Part shown: in pieces, positions 59,623 through 64,000 of the stretch
How the letters are laid out: each line of letters starts with the position of its first letter
Position numbering within the stretch: the first letter of the stretch is position 1
Source: Roseibacillus sp.
GTDB lineage: Bacteria; Verrucomicrobiota; Verrucomicrobiia; Verrucomicrobiales; Akkermansiaceae
Direction: 5' to 3'
Assembly: GCA_051251855.1 (NCBI GenBank)
Contig: JBPOGI010000002.1
Coordinates: 96,001 to 160,000 of the forward strand
Length of the DNA stretch: 64,000 nucleotides
The notes under the pieces: generated by a model
What the model saw: only the letters and a program-made list of their open reading frames with translations
What the model was told of the DNA's origin: nothing
The model's database searches: none
Position numbers and translations under genes: made by a program

Positions 59623-60969
59623 ATGAAACTCTTTGGAACAGATGGTATTCGAGGCACTGCGAACGAATTTCCGATGACCCCCGAAATCGCGATGCAGGTG
59701 GGTCGCGCGATTGCACGTATTCTTTCGGCGCAAGAACCCGGGAAGCATCGGGTGGTGCTTGGAAAGGATACTCGCGTCTCGGGTCAGATGCTGGAGTCGG
59801 CGCTGACGGCGGGTCTGATGAGTGAAGGGGCGACGGTCTTGGTGGCGGGGGTCTTGCCGACTCCGGCGGTGGCACATTTGACGCAGAGTCTCTCGTGCGA
59901 TGCGGGGATTATGCTGACCGCTTCACACAATCCGTTCCAAGATAACGGGATTAAGATTTTTGGGCCAGATGGTTTCAAGTTGGGTGATGAGCTGGAGGCG
60001 ACCATTGAGTCTCTCATTGAGGGAGAAACTTTGAAGGAGCCCGCTGCCGGAGCTCAGGTGGGTGAGGTGCAGTTAGTGGCGGATGCCGCGACGCAGTATG
60101 TTGATTTTGCGAAGAATGCGCTGGGTTCCACTCGGTTGGATGGAATGAAAGTGGTGGTCGATTGCGCGAATGGAGCAGGTTACGAGGTCGGTCCGCGAAT
60201 TTTTGAAGAGCTCGGGGCAGAGGTGATTGCGGTGGGCGTTGAGCCTGATGGTCGCAATATCAATCATGAGGTTGGTTCGTTACATCCTGAGCTGGCGGCG
60301 GCGAAGGTGAAGGCGTCGGGTGCAGACCTTGGGGTTTGTCTCGATGGTGATGCGGACCGACTGGCGTTGATTGATGCTGCCGGAGCGATTATCGATGGTG
60401 ATTGTTTGCTCTGCCTTTCTGCATTGGCTCTTCAACGGCAAGGGAAGTTGGATGGCGATACTTTGGTGGCGACGGTGATGTCGAATTTGGGATTGAAGGA
60501 GGCTCTCGCAAAGAACGGCATCGGATTGGAGACGACGGCGGTGGGTGACCGTAATGTTTTAGAGCGGATGCGCGAGAAGGGTTACAGCTTGGGAGGTGAA
60601 AATTCGGGGCACGTGATTTTTGCGCATCATGCCACGACGGGGGACGGTATCATGGGGGCGTTGCAAATTCTGGGTGAGATGAATGCGACGGGGAAAGCTT
60701 TGGCTGAGCTGTCCGACTGTATGGAAATTTTTCCGCAGAAGTTGGTGAACCTGATGGTGACTTCGAAGCCGCCTTTGGAGGAGATTGCGGGGCTCAATGA
60801 GCTCATTGCCGAGGCGGAGTCTGGCATGGGTGAGAGTGGTCGAGTTTTGGTGCGCTATTCGGGGACGGAGAAGAAAATTCGAGTGATGGTGGAGGCGCGT
60901 GATGCGGCGGTGATGGAGAAGTGGTGTGGGGAATTGGTCGTGCTGGTCACGAAAGAAATCGGAGCTTAA
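59623..60969 (+). CDS. glmM: Phosphoglucosamine mutase
   Basis: FGTDGIRG, GKDTRVSG, TASHNP, DGDADR, GGENSGH, RYSGTE. Confidence 0.95.
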   Translation: MKLFGTDGIRGTANEFPMTPEIAMQVGRAIARILSAQEPGKHRVVLGKDTRVSGQMLESALTAGLMSEGATVLVAGVLPTPAVAHLTQSLSCDAGIMLTASHNPFQDNGIKIFGPDGFKLGDELEATIESLIEGETLKEPAAGAQVGEVQLVADAATQYVDFAKNALGSTRLDGMKVVVDCANGAGYEVGPRIFEELGAEVIAVGVEPDGRNINHEVGSLHPELAAAKVKASGADLGVCLDGDADRLALIDAAGAIIDGDCLLCLSALALQRQGKLDGDTLVATVMSNLGLKEALAKNGIGLETTAVGDRNVLERMREKGYSLGGENSGHVIFAHHATTGDGIMGALQILGEMNATGKALAELSDCMEIFPQKLVNLMVTSKPPLEEIAGLNELIAEAESGMGESGRVLVRYSGTEKKIRVMVEARDAAVMEKWCGELVVLVTKEIGA

Positions 60970-60980
60970 ATACGAAGAAT

Positions 60981-61655
60981 ATGAATCATTGGCCTCTTAC
61001 AGACGCTGTCGACACGCTGCCTATTGCAGGAAAGACTCTTACCGAGTGGGTGGCTAGTGGTGGCCTCACTCAAGCTGAGGTTGATGCGGTGCAATACCCT
61101 TGGGAGTTCCTCGATTTGCACGAGCGGCTTTTGGAAAGAGTCGCAGAAGAGGGTGTAGGGTACGCGGAGAGCGAGATTGCTCAGTTGGGGGAGGGCGCTC
61201 GTCTTTTGGTGGGAGAGGGAACTAAGGTTCTACCCGGAGTTTATGTGGAGGGACTTGTTATTGTTGGGGAGGGTTGTAAGATTGGGCCGAACCTTTACTT
61301 GAGAGGGCCCATTTCCATTGGCGACAACTGCCACATTGGGCAAGCGGTAGAGTTGAAGAACACGATTGTGGGTAATGGAACCAATGTGGGGCATCTGAGC
61401 TACATTGGTGACAGTGTGTTGGCGAACAAAGTGAATCTCGGTGCAGGCACGATCACGTCAAACTTAAGGCACGATGGGAAGAATCATCGTTCGGCAGTCG
61501 ATGGAGGAGTTATTGATACCGGTCGCCGAAAGTTCGGAACGATTGTGGGTGATGGGGTGCATACAGGTATTCATACGAGCCTCTATCCAGGCAGAAAGCT
61601 TGGGCCAGACACCACCACTTTGCCGGGTGAAGTGGTATCCAAGGACAAGCAGTAA
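60981..61655 (+). CDS. Stand-alone hexapeptide-repeat (LbH) acetyltransferase resembling the C-terminal half of archaeal-type GlmU
   Basis: YPWEFL, IGPNLYLRG, HLSYIGDS, NLGAGTITSNLRHD, TGRRKFG; directly after glmM. Confidence 0.8.
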   Translation: MNHWPLTDAVDTLPIAGKTLTEWVASGGLTQAEVDAVQYPWEFLDLHERLLERVAEEGVGYAESEIAQLGEGARLLVGEGTKVLPGVYVEGLVIVGEGCKIGPNLYLRGPISIGDNCHIGQAVELKNTIVGNGTNVGHLSYIGDSVLANKVNLGAGTITSNLRHDGKNHRSAVDGGVIDTGRRKFGTIVGDGVHTGIHTSLYPGRKLGPDTTTLPGEVVSKDKQ

Positions 61656-61961
61656 GGGCCATTGGGGTCGAGAATCCATCAACATGGAAGACTCTCACTT
61701 GCGATGCTGTTCACGAGGCACATTTGAATTTCATGGAGTTTCTCTCCCATGTGATGAGTGTTCCGAAGAACGCAATTCCGAACCAGATTCAGAAGAGGTC
61801 GGCGAAGGAGAAGGTGCGACTGTGAATGAAATCCCGCCTTCCTTTAGCAAAAAAGCTTGAAGGCTCTAACAAAACATACAATTCAACGGCAGCATCAAAG
61901 GGGCTGCTTCAGTTCCTGAGGGGAGATGCTGAATTTTAGGATCAGAAAGCGGCTTTCGGCT

Positions 61962-63311
61962 CTACTTGGCTGCGGTTTTTAATTTGGCGAAGCGTTGGCG
62001 CATTTCGGCGAGGACTTCGGCGTGTTCTGGATCGTCGATGAGGTCTTGCTCTTCGATGGGATCGGTTTTGAGGTGAAAGAGCTGCTCTACTTCTTGCTCG
62101 GGCCAGTAGAAGTATTTGTAGTCTTTTCGAACGAGGGCTTCGGAGGCGGGGATGAATTCGGCATTTCTCAAAGTGGGGTGCTCGTAGAAGAATTCGCTGC
62201 GCCACTCGGGAGATTTTTCTGAGAGGTAGAGGGGGGCGATGTCCTGCCCTTGCATGTTTTGAGGGGCTTCGATTCCAATGGCGGAGAGGATGGTGGGTGC
62301 GAGATCGACGTTGAGGGTGAAGTCATCATTGGTGGAGCCATGCTTCTCCTTGGGCATTCTTGGATCGTTGATGATGAGGGGGACTCGGATGCTTTCTTGA
62401 TGGGGGTACCACTTATCACCGAGTCCGTGCTCGGCGTGGTAGTAGCCGTTGTCGGTGGTGAAGATGACGAGGGTGTTGTCGAGGACGCCTTGTTGCTTGA
62501 GTTCCGCTATCACTTTTCCGCAAACTTCATCCACTTCGGTCGCGAGACGGTAGTAATTTTTCATCATGCGCTGGAATTTTTCGGGGGTGTCAAACCGCCA
62601 TCCCCAACGGTTGCGACCTTCATTCTTTTCGTCGAAGAACTTGGGGAGACGTTCCCAGGATTCTTGAGTGGCATTGACTGGAACGGGCACTTCGACATCC
62701 CGATAGAGTTTCATGCTGTGAGGTTGCGGGAGGAACTGATCGGGGTGGCTGTCCTCGGCGTGGGTGGCAAAGAAGGCGAGGGTGAGGCAAAAGGGTTTGT
62801 CTTCGGGGCGCTCGCTCAGAAACTGCATGGCGTCGTTTTCGTTGCGTTTGGTGACGTGGACTTTCTTGCCATCGACCTCATACCAGTGCTTTCCTGAATA
62901 AGAGCGGCTGAAGTCGTATTCTTTCGCTGGGAGCTTTCCATTGTGCCATTTACCAATATGTCCCACGTGGTAACCGTTAGAACGAAGGAGGCTGGGGTAG
63001 GTCTCGGCGAACGGGGTCTGAAACGCTTTGAAATCGCGGCAGCCGTGGCGGGACATCCATTGTCCGGTGAAGAGGGAAGCGCGGCTGACTCCGCAAATGG
63101 CGGTGGTCACGCAGTTCTCGGTGAAGCGGACTCCGGTGGAGGCGAGTTTGTCGATGTGGGGTGTTTTGACGACAGGGTTTCCAGCCACTCCCAGGGTATC
63201 GTGCCGCCAATCGTCGGCAAAAAGAACGACAATGTTCATGGGCTTCTCTGGTGCTGCGAAGAGACCATGAGTGGTGAAGGCGAGAAGGCTGATGGTGAGG
63301 AGCGTTTTCAT
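61962..63311 (-). CDS. Secreted S1 sulfatase
   Basis: [49 protein letters not shown] 63311. Confidence 0.92.
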   Translation of the reverse strand: MKTLLTISLLAFTTHGLFAAPEKPMNIVVLFADDWRHDTLGVAGNPVVKTPHIDKLASTGVRFTENCVTTAICGVSRASLFTGQWMSRHGCRDFKAFQTPFAETYPSLLRSNGYHVGHIGKWHNGKLPAKEYDFSRSYSGKHWYEVDGKKVHVTKRNENDAMQFLSERPEDKPFCLTLAFFATHAEDSHPDQFLPQPHSMKLYRDVEVPVPVNATQESWERLPKFFDEKNEGRNRWGWRFDTPEKFQRMMKNYYRLATEVDEVCGKVIAELKQQGVLDNTLVIFTTDNGYYHAEHGLGDKWYPHQESIRVPLIINDPRMPKEKHGSTNDDFTLNVDLAPTILSAIGIEAPQNMQGQDIAPLYLSEKSPEWRSEFFYEHPTLRNAEFIPASEALVRKDYKYFYWPEQEVEQLFHLKTDPIEEQDLIDDPEHAEVLAEMRQRFAKLKTAAK

Positions 63312-63348
63312 TAGGAAATGGCTGAGTGGTAATTGCGAAAGTGTCCTT

Positions 63349-64000
63349 CTATTTAGCCGCAGGTCCGATGCTCTCGCGGGCGATGAAATGTGTCGGGAAT
63401 ACAACCTGCCGCGGTCCTGAGGTGGTTTCAGCGGAGTTTTTATCGAGGCGAGAAATCAGCATCTCAATCGCTGTTCGGCAAATTTTCTCATATCGCTGCC
63501 GAACGGAAGAAAGGGAAACATAAGAAAAAGAGGAAAAGGGAACGTCGTCGACCCCGACCACAGAGAGATCTTTAGGAACTTGGAGTCCGGCTTCCACTGC
63601 CGCTCGAATGCTTCCGAATGCCGAGAGGTCGTTCATTGCAATCAAAGCGGTGGGTCTGGGGGAAAGGTCTTTGGAGAGATGTTCCGCGAAAACTTGATGA
63701 GCAGAATCAATACTGGGCCCGCAGTTGAGAATGGTGACGTTCTTATCGGGGATTTCGGATTCAATCAGAAACTCACGTACGAGAGAGGAGCGGTCTCCAT
63801 CGGCAACTCCTTCCGAGATCGCGTGCAGGAAGACAAAGTGTTGATGTCCCAACTTGCGCAATTGTTTGATGGCCTCTTCCAACCCAAAGGAGAAATCGCT
63901 GAAAATGGAGTCCACAGGGAGCGGAAGCGTTGGAATGCCTGAACCGAGAGCGACCACTGGGTGAGCTGTTTGAGAGTGTCGCGTTAGCTCTTCACGGTAT
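63349..64000 (-). CDS. LacI family transcriptional regulator, C-terminal part (5' end lies outside the window)
   Basis: [41 protein letters not shown]. Confidence 0.88.
   Translation of the reverse strand, partial: YREELTRHSQTAHPVVALGSGIPTLPLPVDSIFSDFSFGLEEAIKQLRKLGHQHFVFLHAISEGVADGDRSSLVREFLIESEIPDKNVTILNCGPSIDSAHQVFAEHLSKDLSPRPTALIAMNDLSAFGSIRAAVEAGLQVPKDLSVVGVDDVPFSSFSYVSLSSVRQRYEKICRTAIEMLISRLDKNSAETTSGPRQVVFPTHFIARESIGPAAK

Noticed and set aside
61720..61860. Possible VanZ-like gene remnant on the minus strand (..FIHSRTFSFADLF*IWFGIAFFG..)
   Set aside because: Short, interrupted and only vaguely similar; its TGA is not in a redox-motif context; cannot be supported without a search

Overview
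Gene-dense, GC-rich bacterial chromosome segment. DUF1501/DUF1549/DUF1553/DUF1800 proteins, two sulfatases, LamG/DxDxDG surface proteins and a PF01704-type UGPase suggest a marine PVC-group organism, most likely Verrucomicrobiota (inference). It mixes housekeeping genes (argF, deoA, glmM, lepB, gluQ, rfbD, hpnD-like, LptF/G, U32) with glycan-degradation and periplasmic redox genes and many REP/MITE-like repeats. I found no rRNA, tRNA, CRISPR array or transposase. The main finding is a three-gene minus-strand operon at 45145-47560: a small Cys-rich lipoprotein (DUF4266-like), an outer-membrane beta-barrel (DUF3570-like), and a secreted thioredoxin-like gene that the ORF track splits in two. The two halves are in frame, both Cys positions of its W-C-x-x-C site are TGA (W-TGA-P-S-TGA), and a SECIS-like hairpin follows directly. 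It is therefore a candidate exported UxxU double-selenocysteine protein. All family names come from motif recognition by eye, not from database searches.
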